From assembly GCA_041160865.1 (NCBI GenBank), contig JBEAVQ010000003.1, positions 5,762 through 69,761 on the forward strand: a stretch of DNA of 64,000 nt, in the 5' to 3' direction. Every line of letters begins with the position of its first letter. Position 1 is the first letter of the stretch. A model generated the notes under the pieces. It searched no databases. It was given only the letters and a program-made list of their open reading frames with translations, and was not told the DNA's origin. Below are positions 18,746 through 28,818 of this stretch, in pieces. The DNA comes from Pseudomonadota bacterium (GTDB lineage: Bacteria; Pseudomonadota; Alphaproteobacteria; Caulobacterales; Aquidulcibacteraceae). Made by a program: the position numbers and the translations under genes.

Positions 18746-19534
18746 ATGCGCTCTATGAATATCGCAGCTACCGGCATGTTGGCCCAACAGCTCAATGTTG
18801 AAGTCATTTCCAACAACATCGCCAACATGAATACAACAGGCTTTAAGCGCCAGCGGGCAGAGTTTCAGGATTTGATTTATCAAAACCTCGAACGTCCAGG
18901 TGCCACGACCTCTGACTCCGGTACGATTGACCCAACCGGTGTTCAAGTCGGCTATGGGGTGAAAACTGGGTCTGTCTATCGTATCGCCGAACAAGGCAGC
19001 CTAACCCGAACCGACAACAAATTTGACATGGCCATTAATGGCCGGGGCTATTTTCAAGTGCTTCTGCCAGATGGGCGGACGGCATACACGCGGGCAGGCA
19101 ATTTTTCCTCCTCCGCAACGGGGCAAATCGTGACGGGCGAGGGCTATATCGTTCAGCCCGAAATTCAGATCCCAGACGGCGCCCTCGACTTTTCCATTTC
19201 GTCCTCAGGTCAGGTCCAAGCGATTATCTCCGGCCAAACAGCGCCGCAGGATCTAGGCCAGATTACGTTGGCAGGCTTTGTGAACCCAGCGGGCCTTGAA
19301 GCTTTGGGCGATAATTTGTTGGTCGAAACCGCAGCATCAGGGCCTGCAACTATCGGTAACCCAACAGGGCCCGGCCTTGGCTCTATCAACCAAAACTATG
19401 TCGAAGCATCCAACGTCAATCCGGTGTTTGAGATTTCAGCCCTAATTATCGCGCAGCGGGCCTATGAAATGAATTCGAAGGTTATCAATGCGACCGATGA
19501 GATGATGCAAGCCACATCTCAAGTCCTTCGGTAG
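18746..19534 (+). CDS. flgG: Flagellar distal rod protein FlgG
   Basis: AATGMLAQQLNVEVISNNIANMNTTGFKRQRAEFQDLIYQ. Confidence 0.97.
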   Translation: MRSMNIAATGMLAQQLNVEVISNNIANMNTTGFKRQRAEFQDLIYQNLERPGATTSDSGTIDPTGVQVGYGVKTGSVYRIAEQGSLTRTDNKFDMAINGRGYFQVLLPDGRTAYTRAGNFSSSATGQIVTGEGYIVQPEIQIPDGALDFSISSSGQVQAIISGQTAPQDLGQITLAGFVNPAGLEALGDNLLVETAASGPATIGNPTGPGLGSINQNYVEASNVNPVFEISALIIAQRAYEMNSKVINATDEMMQATSQVLR

Positions 19535-19541
19535 GCCATAG

Positions 19542-20405
19542 ATGACGAATCCCCGCCCTTGGCCTCTCTTTAACTGGGTTGCCTGCCTCGCACTCTTTGG
19601 GCTGGCCGCTCCTGTAGTACAAACTGGCCCAAGCCATGCCCAAGTTGCCCAAAAAGGTCCTGTCATGTCGCTCAAGGCCAACCCGCGTTCGGATAAGTCC
19701 CAAATTACTTACGGCGATGTGTTCGACAATGCGGGGGCTTATGCCAATGCACCAATCGCGCGCGCTCCCGGTCCCGGTCAAATGCTTGTCTTTGGCGCGG
19801 CACCTCTGCAAGCGCGAGCTCGGGCAGCTGGCCTAAATTGGCCAAACCACGAAGGCGTGCGCCAAATTGTTATCAATGGACCCGAGCTTACCGATCCCCT
19901 GATCCCAATCCAACCAACGAGTTCGACCGCCAATGGCACCGATATGCGGCAAAGAGCCAGCGCGCCAGCAGGCCCTACCCGTCCAGAAGCCCTCGCTGTC
20001 CTTGGTCGTACGATCCAGCGTGGTGAAGCTATTCAGGCAGAGGATGTGGTGTGGATCGACACGCCCTCGACGGCCCCTCGCGACGCGTTGGCCGACCCAG
20101 AAGCTTTGATCGGCAAGACCGCAAAGCGTGTTCTGCTTGCCAATACCCCCTTGCGTGCGATGGACGTGATGGACACGCCATCTGTGCGTCGCAATGAGCC
20201 TGTGACCCTGATTTATGAAGCCGCCGGTCTCAAATTATCCGTTCGCGGCAAAGCCCTAGCCGACGCAGCGATTGGGGCCAATGTAAAAGTACTAAACCCA
20301 AAATCCAACAAAGTGCTGGAAGCCATTGTCGATGGCCCAGGCACAGCCCGTGTGATGTTAAGTCAGCTTTCGGCTCGGGTGCCTAATCAGAATGGAGCCA
20401 ATTGA
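19542..20405 (+). CDS. flgA: P-ring formation chaperone FlgA
   Basis: Signal peptide, SAF-like region, VRRNEPVTLIYEAAGLKLSVRGKAL...VKVLN. Confidence 0.9.
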   Translation: MTNPRPWPLFNWVACLALFGLAAPVVQTGPSHAQVAQKGPVMSLKANPRSDKSQITYGDVFDNAGAYANAPIARAPGPGQMLVFGAAPLQARARAAGLNWPNHEGVRQIVINGPELTDPLIPIQPTSSTANGTDMRQRASAPAGPTRPEALAVLGRTIQRGEAIQAEDVVWIDTPSTAPRDALADPEALIGKTAKRVLLANTPLRAMDVMDTPSVRRNEPVTLIYEAAGLKLSVRGKALADAAIGANVKVLNPKSNKVLEAIVDGPGTARVMLSQLSARVPNQNGAN

Positions 20406-21148
20406 TGCAAAAGTTCAGCATGGTGATTTTAGCGGCTCTAACCCTGACAGGCTGCGCATCCACACTTGAGGAAGTGCGCATCGCTGGTAAGCCGCCTGAA
20501 GTAACGCCGATTGAGAATCCCGCCTATGCGGCAACGGGGCGTCGCCAAGTTGTGATGCCAATGCCAACCCAACAGATAAGCCAAGCCTCGTCAAACTCAC
20601 TGTGGAAAGCGGGCTCGCGGCAATTCTTCAATGATCCCCGCGCCTCCAATATCGGCGATATCCTGACCGTCATGATCCAGATCAATGATCAGGCGCAATT
20701 GAACAACTCAACAGGTCGTACGCGAAAATCCACCCTGGATGGCGGCGTAACCAGTTTCTTTGGCTTGGAGCAATTGCCGGGCAAAGTCTTGCCCGAAGGG
20801 TTCGATCCTTCCACTATGGTTGGGGCGAGTTCCAACGGTGCGTTTGCAGGCCAAGGCCAAGTGGCGCGCAATGAGAAGGTCGATATGACCGTTGCTGCTA
20901 TCGTTACCCAGGTCCTGCCCAATGGTAATTTGGTTGTGGCCGGTCGCCAAGAAGTGCGTATCAACAATGAATTGCGCGAACTTTTGGTCTCCGGGATTGT
21001 GCGGCCCCAAGACATCACGTCGGCCAATCAAGTTCGCCACACTCAAATGGCTGAGGCCCGTATCTCTTACGGTGGACGTGGCCAGATCACGGCCTATCAA
21101 CAACCGCCTAAAGGTCAGCAAATCTTAGGAGCAATCAGTCCGTTTTAA
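20405..21148 (+). CDS. flgH: Flagellar L-ring lipoprotein FlgH
   Basis: Lipobox LTGC; SLW...RASNIGDILTV, VLPNGNLVVAGRQEVRIN, EARISYGGRG. Confidence 0.95.
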   Translation: MQKFSMVILAALTLTGCASTLEEVRIAGKPPEVTPIENPAYAATGRRQVVMPMPTQQISQASSNSLWKAGSRQFFNDPRASNIGDILTVMIQINDQAQLNNSTGRTRKSTLDGGVTSFFGLEQLPGKVLPEGFDPSTMVGASSNGAFAGQGQVARNEKVDMTVAAIVTQVLPNGNLVVAGRQEVRINNELRELLVSGIVRPQDITSANQVRHTQMAEARISYGGRGQITAYQQPPKGQQILGAISPF

Positions 21149-21169
21149 ACGCGGCCTGATCGCATCGGC

Positions 21170-21604
21170 TTAGTCGTCGCGGTGAATGCGCTCTGACCGC
21201 TCATGGCGTTCTTGGGCTTCCAAGCTCAAGGTCGCCACCGGGCGGGCCATCAACCGGCCCAAGGAGATGGGTTCACCGGTTTCATCGCAATAACCGTATG
21301 AGCCATCCTCAATCCGACGCAACGCTGCATCGATCTTGGAAATCAGCTTGCGTTGACGGTCACGTGCCCGCAACTCAATATTTTTATCGGTCTCAGCAGA
21401 GGCGCGGTCAGCTACATCAGGCAGAGAGGCGGTCTCAGTCTGCAGATGCGACAATGTATCCTTGGAGTCGGCCAGGAGCGACCCCTTCCAATCCTGCAAC
21501 TTTCTGCGGAAATACTCGCGCTGCCGTTCATTCATGAACTCTTCGTCGTCGGAAGGCACATAGTCACTTGGCACATCGGTGTTTGGCATAACTATCGTCG
21601 TCAT
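21170..21604 (-). CDS. dksA: RNA polymerase-binding factor DksA
   Basis: EEFMNERQREYFR, DVADRAS (DxxDxA), RQRKLISKIDAALRRI...GYCDETGEPI; start set at MTTIV (21604). Confidence 0.95.
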   Translation of the reverse strand: MTTIVMPNTDVPSDYVPSDDEEFMNERQREYFRRKLQDWKGSLLADSKDTLSHLQTETASLPDVADRASAETDKNIELRARDRQRKLISKIDAALRRIEDGSYGYCDETGEPISLGRLMARPVATLSLEAQERHERSERIHRDD

Positions 21605-21784
21605 GACGTACCCCTGCTTCTGCATGTGATCGATGAAGGCATCGCACGATCTCCTCGCGCTATAGTGAAGCCCGAGAGGGCTCGCAAGGCGCAAGAAACA
21701 TTGGGCTGGGCCCTCTACTGCTAAAAGACCAAGCTACTGGCCACAACACCAAGATGGGCTCTGAAAATCGACTGCCCGACACCC

Positions 21785-22204
21785 CTAAAGGGCGCGCTCT
21801 AGTTTGGCGAGTTCGACTTCAGCGCGCAGTTCCACATCATCGAGAAGTGCGTTCAAGGCTGGATCATCCACAGCATCGCGGTGCTCGCGCAGGGTTTGAG
21901 AGAGGCGCGCCACTTGTTCGCGATTGACGCCCCCACCCAAAATCGCAACACGTATCTCGTCCAATTGGTCCAGGAGGGTGGATGAGCGGCGGGTCGCGCG
22001 ACGGCGGCGCTCAACCACATCATCTTCGCCCTGCAAGGCCAAAAGCGCACCCACATTCGCGATTGAGGTTGCGGACATGGCGCGATTGACTTGCGCTGGC
22101 CCTCCTTCGACTTGCCCGGGCAGCACAAATCCAGATGCCGCGCCGCCAGTAGCACGACGAGCCCCGGAAACAGCGGATGTGGACGTTGGCGCATTAACTT
22201 TCAT
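21785..22204 (-). CDS. fliX: Flagellar assembly regulator FliX
   Basis: ALLALQG...RRRATRRSSTLLDQLDEIR...DDVELRAEVELAKL; divergent from flgI. Confidence 0.9.
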   Translation of the reverse strand: MKVNAPTSTSAVSGARRATGGAASGFVLPGQVEGGPAQVNRAMSATSIANVGALLALQGEDDVVERRRRATRRSSTLLDQLDEIRVAILGGGVNREQVARLSQTLREHRDAVDDPALNALLDDVELRAEVELAKLERAL

Positions 22205-22228
22205 AAATGCAATTCATGGGCCGCCCCG

Positions 22229-22244
22229 GTTAAGACCTGATTAA
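22229..22244 (-). promoter_or_regulatory. CtrA box upstream of fliX
   Basis: Minus strand TTAA-TCAGGTC-TTAAC. Confidence 0.8.
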
Positions 22245-22290
22245 TGGGTGACATAAGTTAGCGGGAAGACGGCAGAATGCCACCAGTCCT

Positions 22291-22305
22291 AGGCAAACCT
22301 TGCCG
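22291..22305. promoter_or_regulatory. ftr (FlbD) element upstream of flgI
   Basis: AGGCA-AACCT-TGCCG, about 75-90 bp upstream of a sigma54 promoter. Confidence 0.6.
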
Positions 22306-22378
22306 ATCCAATTGAAAGCCCGCGCCAAAACATGCCAATTAAGCTAATGTTTTAAAATGCTTTTTTCCATCAAGATTG

Positions 22379-22394
22379 CGGCATGGATTTAGCA
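22379..22394 (+). promoter_or_regulatory. Sigma54 promoter of flgI operon
   Basis: CGGCATGGATTTAGCA = GG-N10-GC; overlaps the ORF-track ATG at 22383, so the true start lies downstream. Confidence 0.65.
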
Positions 22395-22406
22395 TGGTCA
22401 AAAACA

Positions 22407-23546
22407 ATGACACAGATAATTACGCTCGTATTCCGTCTTTTTTCTGCAGCCCTCATGCTCGGGCTGATCAGCCTATGGTGTGCTTGGCCTGCCGCAGCTC
22501 TTGCCCAATCGCGTATTAAGGATTTGGTGCAGATCGAAGGGGTCCGCGACAACCAATTGATCGGCTATGGCATTGTGGTTGGTCTGCCTGGGACTGGCGA
22601 CGGTCTGCGCAATTCGCCCTTCACCAAGCAAAGCTTGGAAGCCATGCTGGAGCGAATGGGCGTCAACACCCGCGAACAAAATCTGCAAACCAAAAACGTT
22701 GCCGCCGTCATGGTAACGGCGAGCCTACCCCCTTTTGCCACTCAAGGCACCCGACTTGATATTTCGGTCTCAGCCTTTGGCGATGCCAAAAGCTTAGAGG
22801 GCGGCACCTTGCTCGTGACCCCAATGATGGGCGCAGATGGTCAAGTCTATGCTGTTGCCCAAGGCCAGCTGACAGTCGGTGGTTTTACGGCGACCGGCAA
22901 TTCTGGAACGAGTGTTAGCCGAGGCGTCAGCACCAATGGCCGCATTGCCAACGGTGCCCTGATTGAGCGCGAGCTTCATTTTGACCTTGCTGGTCAAACC
23001 GAGCTTCGCCTTGCCTTGCGCAACCCAGATTTCACAACCGCTCGCCGCATCGCTAACGCCATCAACACCAATTTAGGTGTCGCAGCCGCCTCGGTAGAAA
23101 ACCCTTCAACGGTCGTTCTTTCAAAACCCATTGGCTATCCAGGCGACATGGTCAGCCTGATCGGCAGGGTTGAGCGCCTAAATGTAACCCCTGATCAGGT
23201 TGCTAAGATTGTGGTTGATGAAGCCTCCGGCATTGTGGTGATGGGTGATAATGTGCGGGTCTCTACTGTCGCGGTAGCCCAAGGCAATCTGACCGTCTCG
23301 GTGCAGGAGACGCCCCTCGTCAGCCAACCTAACCCGCTGAGCCAGGGCGAAACGACCGTCGTGCCACGGTCCAGCGTCACGGTTGATGAAGATAAGGGCG
23401 ACCTCACCGTCATTCGGGGCGGCGTGCCGTTGCGCGATCTGGTCGAGGGCCTCAATTCTCTGGGCGTCAACCCACGTGACCTCATTCAAATTCTTCAGGC
23501 GCTAAAAGCCTCTGGTGCGCTGCAAGCTGACATCGAAGTGATGTAA
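22407..23546 (+). CDS. flgI: Flagellar P-ring protein FlgI
   Basis: RIKDL...GVRDNQLIGYGIVVGLPGTGD, KNVAAVMVTA, LQALKASGALQA; start uncertain (22407 or later). Confidence 0.96.
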   Translation: MTQIITLVFRLFSAALMLGLISLWCAWPAAALAQSRIKDLVQIEGVRDNQLIGYGIVVGLPGTGDGLRNSPFTKQSLEAMLERMGVNTREQNLQTKNVAAVMVTASLPPFATQGTRLDISVSAFGDAKSLEGGTLLVTPMMGADGQVYAVAQGQLTVGGFTATGNSGTSVSRGVSTNGRIANGALIERELHFDLAGQTELRLALRNPDFTTARRIANAINTNLGVAAASVENPSTVVLSKPIGYPGDMVSLIGRVERLNVTPDQVAKIVVDEASGIVVMGDNVRVSTVAVAQGNLTVSVQETPLVSQPNPLSQGETTVVPRSSVTVDEDKGDLTVIRGGVPLRDLVEGLNSLGVNPRDLIQILQALKASGALQADIEVM

Positions 23547-23560
23547 GGGAACCACAGAAT

Positions 23561-23902
23561 ATGGATAGTATCGCCCCCGTAATGCCTTTTCCAAAAACCC
23601 AGTCGACCTCGGTTGAGGTGTTGGGTGCACGCGCAAAAACGCTGAAGTCAAACGCCGAGATGGACAAGACCGCGCGGGAATTCGAACGCATGGCCTTGGC
23701 GCAGATGCTGTCGCTCATGGAGACAGACACTGACCTCTCGGATTCCATGTTTGGCGGTGGTGCGGCAGAGCGCGCATTTCGCCCCTTCTTAACCGAGGAA
23801 TATGCCAAGGGCTTCAGCGAACAAGGCGGGATCGGCATCGCCACCGCCGTGAAACGAGAAATGCTCAAAATCCAAGAACGTGCACAAGCAGCGGGAGTAT
23901 AG
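23561..23902 (+). CDS. flgJ: Rod-binding FlgJ-type protein without muramidase domain (Caulobacter CheL-like)
   Basis: KTAREFERM...MFGGGAAERAFR...EEYAK...GGIGIA. Confidence 0.8.
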   Translation: MDSIAPVMPFPKTQSTSVEVLGARAKTLKSNAEMDKTAREFERMALAQMLSLMETDTDLSDSMFGGGAAERAFRPFLTEEYAKGFSEQGGIGIATAVKREMLKIQERAQAAGV

Positions 23903-23905
23903 ATC

Positions 23906-24343
23906 ATGACCCTAATGGCCAACGACCCAAGCGATTTACTTGACCAATTGATCCTCTTAACGCGTCGGCTTGCTGATCTTGCAGAAAGACAGGCGGCACT
24001 GTTTGAAGGCAGTCGGTTCCTAGAGGCCCAATCCCTGAATGAGGAATCCGCACGTTTAGCCAATGTCTATGCATTGGAAAGCCGACGGATTGCCCAAAAC
24101 CCGAAAATGCTCGAAGGCGTGCCCCCCGTACTGAAGGCAACCCTGACGGTGGAGACAGAGCGCTTTAAGGCTGCCATGGAAGCCCATGAGCGGGCGTTGG
24201 GACGTCAGCGCGCCTTGGCTGAGGGCTTGGTCCGCGCAATTGCCGAGGAAGCAGTGGCAGCCCGCCCGACACCTGTGGCTTACGGCCCCGGCGCTCAAGC
24301 CTTCCGCGATACCAGCGCCGTTGCCCTTGATCGTCGGGCTTGA
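23906..24343 (+). CDS. flbY: FlbY / FlgN-like flagellar chaperone
   Basis: Helical 145 aa protein following flgI-flgJ, as recalled for Caulobacter. Confidence 0.6.
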   Translation: MTLMANDPSDLLDQLILLTRRLADLAERQAALFEGSRFLEAQSLNEESARLANVYALESRRIAQNPKMLEGVPPVLKATLTVETERFKAAMEAHERALGRQRALAEGLVRAIAEEAVAARPTPVAYGPGAQAFRDTSAVALDRRA

Positions 24344-24397
24344 GATAAAAATTTCTATCCGCAGCCGAATAGCTATGGATTGATAGTTAATGCTGAA

Positions 24398-24468
24398 AAA
24401 CCCTTCACCGCCTTCAGCGGAGCTTCCCCGCAAGCGGGGAAGCTGTCCCGAAGGGACTGAAGGGGTTT
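24398..24468. repeat. Multi-hairpin palindromic intergenic repeat
   Basis: Outer stem AAACCCTTCA/TGAAGGGGTTT enclosing CCGC-cttca-GCGG, AGCTTCCCCG-caag-CGGGGAAGCT and GTCCC-gaa-GGGAC. Confidence 0.65.
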
Positions 24469-24485
24469 CGACAAAACCACACAGC

Positions 24486-24513
24486 AAAAAGGCCGCCCCG
24501 AGGGGCGGCCTTT
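24486..24513 (-). terminator. Rho-independent terminator of petABC (possibly bidirectional)
   Basis: AAAAA-GGCCGCCCC-ga-GGGGCGGCC-TTT. Confidence 0.8.
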
Positions 24514-24537
24514 GTCATTGTAGAAGCCTGAATGACC

Positions 24538-25383
24538 TCAGTGCTCAACGTTGCGCCACACTTGGCGGTACGAGAACCACAGCAGGATGGTCAACACTAA
24601 TAGAAATGCCATCACGCCAAAACCTGTAATCTTGCGTTGGGTCTGATGGGGTTCAGAAGCCCAGCTCAAGAAGGCCACAACGTCACGGGACATTTGGTCA
24701 ACAGTTGGCTTGACGCCCTTATTGGCTTCAGTATCCGCATAGGTCACTTGTTCATCGACGATTGGAGGACCCATCGCAATCACGCCACCAGGCATATACG
24801 GATTATAGTACTTGCCCTCTGGAATGGACTTACCCTTGGGAGGCGTTTGATCATAGCCACTCAAAAGCGAGTAGACATAATCACCGCCGTTGTGACGTGC
24901 TTTAATCAGAGCCGACATATCGGGAGGCATCGACCCACCGTTAGCCGCTTTTGCTTGTGATGCGTTTTCAAACGGTGACACAAACTTGTCTGCTGGCAGG
25001 CCTGGACGTTCTTCCTCATTGCCGTCTGGATCCACCGCTTTCACGGTGTAGGTGGCAGCAATGGCCTTGATGACTGGGTTTTCGTTCGGGTTTGGATATT
25101 TGGGATCATAGAACGGGCCATGTTCATCACCGAGGTTACGGTAATGCAGTAAGTTCATCGAATGGCAGCCCGAGCAGACTTCCTTATAAACTTGGAAGCC
25201 GCGTTGTAGCTGGGCCCGGTCAAAGCGACCAAATGGGCCTTCCCAAGAGCCATTGACTTCCCGTGGATGCTTGACCTCGCCAGCAGCTTGCGAGCTGCTG
25301 GTGAAGGCCACGACAGACACAAGGCCTAAGACCCCGGCGATAAATCGGCGTGCGAAAGTTGGTTTCATTACAAAGTTCCTCAT
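24538..25383 (-). CDS. petC: Cytochrome c1
   Basis: [16 protein letters not shown] (CxxCH), [12 protein letters not shown]-terminal TM anchor. Confidence 0.96.
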   Translation of the reverse strand: MRNFVMKPTFARRFIAGVLGLVSVVAFTSSSQAAGEVKHPREVNGSWEGPFGRFDRAQLQRGFQVYKEVCSGCHSMNLLHYRNLGDEHGPFYDPKYPNPNENPVIKAIAATYTVKAVDPDGNEEERPGLPADKFVSPFENASQAKAANGGSMPPDMSALIKARHNGGDYVYSLLSGYDQTPPKGKSIPEGKYYNPYMPGGVIAMGPPIVDEQVTYADTEANKGVKPTVDQMSRDVVAFLSWASEPHQTQRKITGFGVMAFLLVLTILLWFSYRQVWRNVEH

Positions 25384-26669
25384 TCCGCCGGTACAGTTGC
25401 AGCAGACACGCCTGCCGACTTCTTGTGGGATTGCAGAATCGAGTCAGCAATCGACGCAGGGGGGGTTTGGGGTTTCTCAATCACGCCCAATACTGGGAGA
25501 ACGACCAAGAAATAAGCGAAGTAGAAGATCGTACAGATCAGTGAGATCGCCGTCCAGGGTGGTTCAGCCGGCATGGCACCACATACAGCCAGCATCAGGA
25601 AGTTCAGCACAAAGGCGAACCACCACATGCGGGCGACTGGGCGATAGCGCATGGACTTGATCTTGGACGAGTCGAGCCAAGGCAAGGCGAACAAAATCAG
25701 GATCGCACCACCCATCGCAATCACGCCGCCGAACTTGGCATCAATGATCAAGACGTCGAAGGTAATCGCCCGAAGGATCGCATAGAAGGGCAATAGATAC
25801 CATTCAGGCACGATGTGCGCTGGCGTCACTTGGTTGTTGGCAGGGATGTAATTGTCTGGGTGACCCAAGGTGTTGGGGCCGAAGAAGACAAAGCCAGCAA
25901 AGATCAGCAAGAAGACGCAGATCGCAAACGCATCCTTGATTGTGTAGTAAGGATGGAATGGAAGGGTTTCTTTCTTCACATCTTGGACTTCAACACCGGT
26001 TGGGTTGTTGTTGCCAGGCACATGCAACGCCCAGATGTGCAAGACCACGACGCCTGCAATCACGAACGGCAGGAGATAGTGGAGCGAGAAGAAGCGGTTC
26101 AAGGTCGCATTGTCGACGGCAAAGCCGCCGAGCAACCAAGTTTTGATCGAGTCACCGATGAAAGGAACCGCACCCACGATGTTGGTGATCACGGTTGCGC
26201 CCCACAAGGACATCTGACCCCAAGGCAACACGTAACCCATGAAGGCGGTGATGATCATCAGCAAGAAGATGATGACACCCAAGCCCCACAAGATTTCGCG
26301 AGGTGCTTTGTACGATCCGTAATAAAGACCACGGAAGATGTGGATGTAAACGGCCAAGAAGAACATGCTGGCCCCGTTGGAGTGCATGAAGCGCACCAAC
26401 CAGCCATAGTTCACATCCCGCATGATGCGCTCAACGGAGTTAAAGGCCAGGTCGACATGTGGCACATAATGCATCGCCAAAATAATCCCGGTGATGATCT
26501 GGCTGGCCAAACAGACCGCCAAAATGCCGCCGAACGTGTACCAATAGTTCAAGTTCTTTGGGGTTGGAAAATCGACCAGCGTGTCATTCATAAACCGCAC
26601 GATCGGCAGCCGCGTATCCAACCACTTTTCGAGGTCGGACTTAGGCACATAGCTTGAAGGTCCACTCAT
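25380..26669 (-). CDS. petB: Cytochrome b
   Basis: [41 protein letters not shown]; start 26669 or 26684. Confidence 0.98.
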   Translation of the reverse strand: MSGPSSYVPKSDLEKWLDTRLPIVRFMNDTLVDFPTPKNLNYWYTFGGILAVCLASQIITGIILAMHYVPHVDLAFNSVERIMRDVNYGWLVRFMHSNGASMFFLAVYIHIFRGLYYGSYKAPREILWGLGVIIFLLMIITAFMGYVLPWGQMSLWGATVITNIVGAVPFIGDSIKTWLLGGFAVDNATLNRFFSLHYLLPFVIAGVVVLHIWALHVPGNNNPTGVEVQDVKKETLPFHPYYTIKDAFAICVFLLIFAGFVFFGPNTLGHPDNYIPANNQVTPAHIVPEWYLLPFYAILRAITFDVLIIDAKFGGVIAMGGAILILFALPWLDSSKIKSMRYRPVARMWWFAFVLNFLMLAVCGAMPAEPPWTAISLICTIFYFAYFLVVLPVLGVIEKPQTPPASIADSILQSHKKSAGVSAATVPAE

Positions 26670-26676
26670 GTTCGTA

Positions 26677-27249
26677 TCATCCAATCTTTACGACTGTGCC
26701 GCCGGTATAGACGTAGGGCGGAATATAAAGGTTTTTCGGAGCTGGGCCCTTGCGAATGCGGCCAGCGGTATCGTAGTGCGAGCCATGGCAAGGACAGAAC
26801 CAGCCGCCGTACTCACCAATATAGCCGGGCTCAGCAATGCCGACAGGTATACAACCCAAGTGCGTACAGTTTGCTTCCATGATCAGATACTCTGGCTTAC
26901 CAGGCTGTTCATTGGACTGCATGGTGCGCTGATCGTCTGTTTGCGGATCCTTTAGATCTGCAGCGTCGTCTTTTTTACCTTGCGCGATTTCCTCAGCGGT
27001 CCGGTGACGAACGAATAGCGGCTTACCGCGCCACATGATCTTGGTTTGCGAGCCTTCAGCGACTTTGGACACATCAAACTCAATAGATGCCAAAGCGCGC
27101 GTATCGGCAGCTGGATTCATTTGATTGATGAGCGGCCAAGCCAGCATAGCGGCACCGCCCGCTGCTACGGCCCCCGTCGCGACATGGATCATGTCACGCC
27201 TTGTTGGTTCTCCGGCTTCGCCGGCTACTTCATGATTGGTGGCTGACAC
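26677..27249 (-). CDS. petA: Rieske iron-sulfur subunit
   Basis: Tat motif TRRD, CTHLGC and CPCHGS; GTG at 27249 with GGAG upstream. Confidence 0.97.
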   Translation of the reverse strand: MSATNHEVAGEAGEPTRRDMIHVATGAVAAGGAAMLAWPLINQMNPAADTRALASIEFDVSKVAEGSQTKIMWRGKPLFVRHRTAEEIAQGKKDDAADLKDPQTDDQRTMQSNEQPGKPEYLIMEANCTHLGCIPVGIAEPGYIGEYGGWFCPCHGSHYDTAGRIRKGPAPKNLYIPPYVYTGGTVVKIG

Positions 27250-27323
27250 CTTGCTACTCCCGCATTCACACACGTCCAAAACTCGTTTACCGATAAAAGT
27301 AGGGCAGTAACGCCTATTGAACG

Positions 27324-27339
27324 TGCGACGGAACGCCGC
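27324..27339. promoter_or_regulatory. RegA/PrrA/SpdR-type box upstream of petA
   Basis: TGCGAC-GGAAC-GCCGC, 75-90 bp upstream of the petA start. Confidence 0.7.
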
Positions 27340-27362
27340 ATCTCGCGGCACCCCCTCCAAAG

Positions 27363-27842
27363 ATGAGATTGCATAACGTGCGCCTAGCTCTCTTTCAACC
27401 AGATATCGCGCCAAATCTTGGTGCGGCCATTCGTCTTACCGCATGCCTTGGCGTTAGGTTAGACGTAATCGAACCTTGTGGTTTTCCCTTATCAGACAAG
27501 GCCTTAAAGCGCGCATCCTTGGATTATGGCGACAAGTGTAACTGGCAGCGTCACAATAGCTTTGCTGCATTTGCAGCAGCCACAATGCTAGGAAATAGCA
27601 GGATTGTATTGATCGAGACGGAGGGAAGCACGCGTTTGACCGATTTTGTCTTTGAACCGAGCGATATTTTGATGCTGGGGCGGGAAACCGAGGGGACACC
27701 TCCTGACGTCATCGCTGCTTGCCACGCCTGTGTGCGAATTCCTATGGCGTCGGGACTGCGCTCTCTTAATGTGGTGACAGCGGGAGCTATCGCCTTAACC
27801 GAAGCCATGCGACAAACTGGCGGATGGGCGACGCTGGATTAG
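27363..27842 (+). CDS. trmL: tRNA (cytidine34-2'-O)-methyltransferase TrmL
   Basis: LFQPDIAPNLGAAIR, LKRASLDY, LGRETEG, RIPMASGLRSLNV. Confidence 0.92.
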   Translation: MRLHNVRLALFQPDIAPNLGAAIRLTACLGVRLDVIEPCGFPLSDKALKRASLDYGDKCNWQRHNSFAAFAAATMLGNSRIVLIETEGSTRLTDFVFEPSDILMLGRETEGTPPDVIAACHACVRIPMASGLRSLNVVTAGAIALTEAMRQTGGWATLD

Positions 27843-27901
27843 CGTTGTAGGGAGGAAACCGGGACCACTTTCCTGGCAAAAGAACGACAAACGAGGGCAG
27901 A

Positions 27902-28771
27902 ATGAGCGAGCAAGACGACCGTAAAGCACAGGCAAGAGCATGGTTTGAATCCTTGCGTGATCAGATCATGCAGGCTTTTGAAACCCTCGAAGACGAAGCC
28001 GACCCTGCCCTTTACCCTGGAAGTCCCGGCCGATTTGTCCGCACGCCTTGGAATCGCAAGGAAGAAGCAGGCGGCGGCGGCGTGATGGGAATCATGAAGG
28101 GCCGCCTGTTTGAGAAAGTCGGCGTACATGTCTCCACGGTGATGGGCACGTTTCCAGCCGATTATGCCAAAACCATTCCAGGTGCCTCTGAGGATCCCAG
28201 CTTTTGGGCATCAGGGGTCAGTCTGATCGCGCATATGACCAATCCACGCGTACCGGCAGTGCATATGAACACTCGCATGATAGCAACAACTGAAAGCTGG
28301 TTTGGCGGCGGCGCAGATTTGACGCCCCTGATGGCCTACCAGCGTACACAGGACTACCCCGACACGCTGACCTTCCATGCAGCGATGAAGCAGGCGTGCG
28401 ATGCGCACAACCCTGCCTATTATGCGAAGTTCAAAGACTGGTGCGACACCTATTTCCATTTGCCCCACCGCGACGAACCTCGAGGAATCGGCGGCATTTT
28501 TTATGACCACCACAATACGGGCGCTTGGGAGAAAGATTTTGCCTTCACCCAAGACGTCGGACGCGCTTTCTTGTCCGTCTATCCTGAAATTGTGCGCGAC
28601 CGCATGAACGAGACTTGGACTGAGGATGAACGGGAAGCTCAGCTAATCCAACGCGGTCGTTATGTGGAATATAATCTGCTCTATGACCGGGGTACGACAT
28701 TTGGCCTCAAGACTGGGGGCAATGTTGAGAGCATCCTCTCGTCCATGCCACCAATAGTAAAGTGGCCTTAA
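27902..28771 (+). CDS. hemF: Oxygen-dependent coproporphyrinogen-III oxidase
   Basis: [52 protein letters not shown]. Confidence 0.97.
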   Translation: MSEQDDRKAQARAWFESLRDQIMQAFETLEDEADPALYPGSPGRFVRTPWNRKEEAGGGGVMGIMKGRLFEKVGVHVSTVMGTFPADYAKTIPGASEDPSFWASGVSLIAHMTNPRVPAVHMNTRMIATTESWFGGGADLTPLMAYQRTQDYPDTLTFHAAMKQACDAHNPAYYAKFKDWCDTYFHLPHRDEPRGIGGIFYDHHNTGAWEKDFAFTQDVGRAFLSVYPEIVRDRMNETWTEDEREAQLIQRGRYVEYNLLYDRGTTFGLKTGGNVESILSSMPPIVKWP

Positions 28772-28818
28772 ATAGCTCACCAGAAGCTGATTAAACTGTA
28801 GCCACTTTTGCTCAAGAC

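Noticed and set aside
24398-24468. Cloverleaf shape suggested a tRNA
   Set aside because: No TTC T-loop, D-loop GG, 7-nt anticodon loop or CCA; kept as a repeat
25815-26657. 280-aa plus-strand ORF antisense to petB
   Set aside because: Same shadow-frame artefact; composition mirrors the TM codons of cytochrome b
27250-27414. 55-aa N-terminal extension of the Rieske protein in the ORF track
   Set aside because: Overlaps the promoter, the RegA-type box and the trmL start; GTG 27249 has an RBS and sits correctly before the Tat motif
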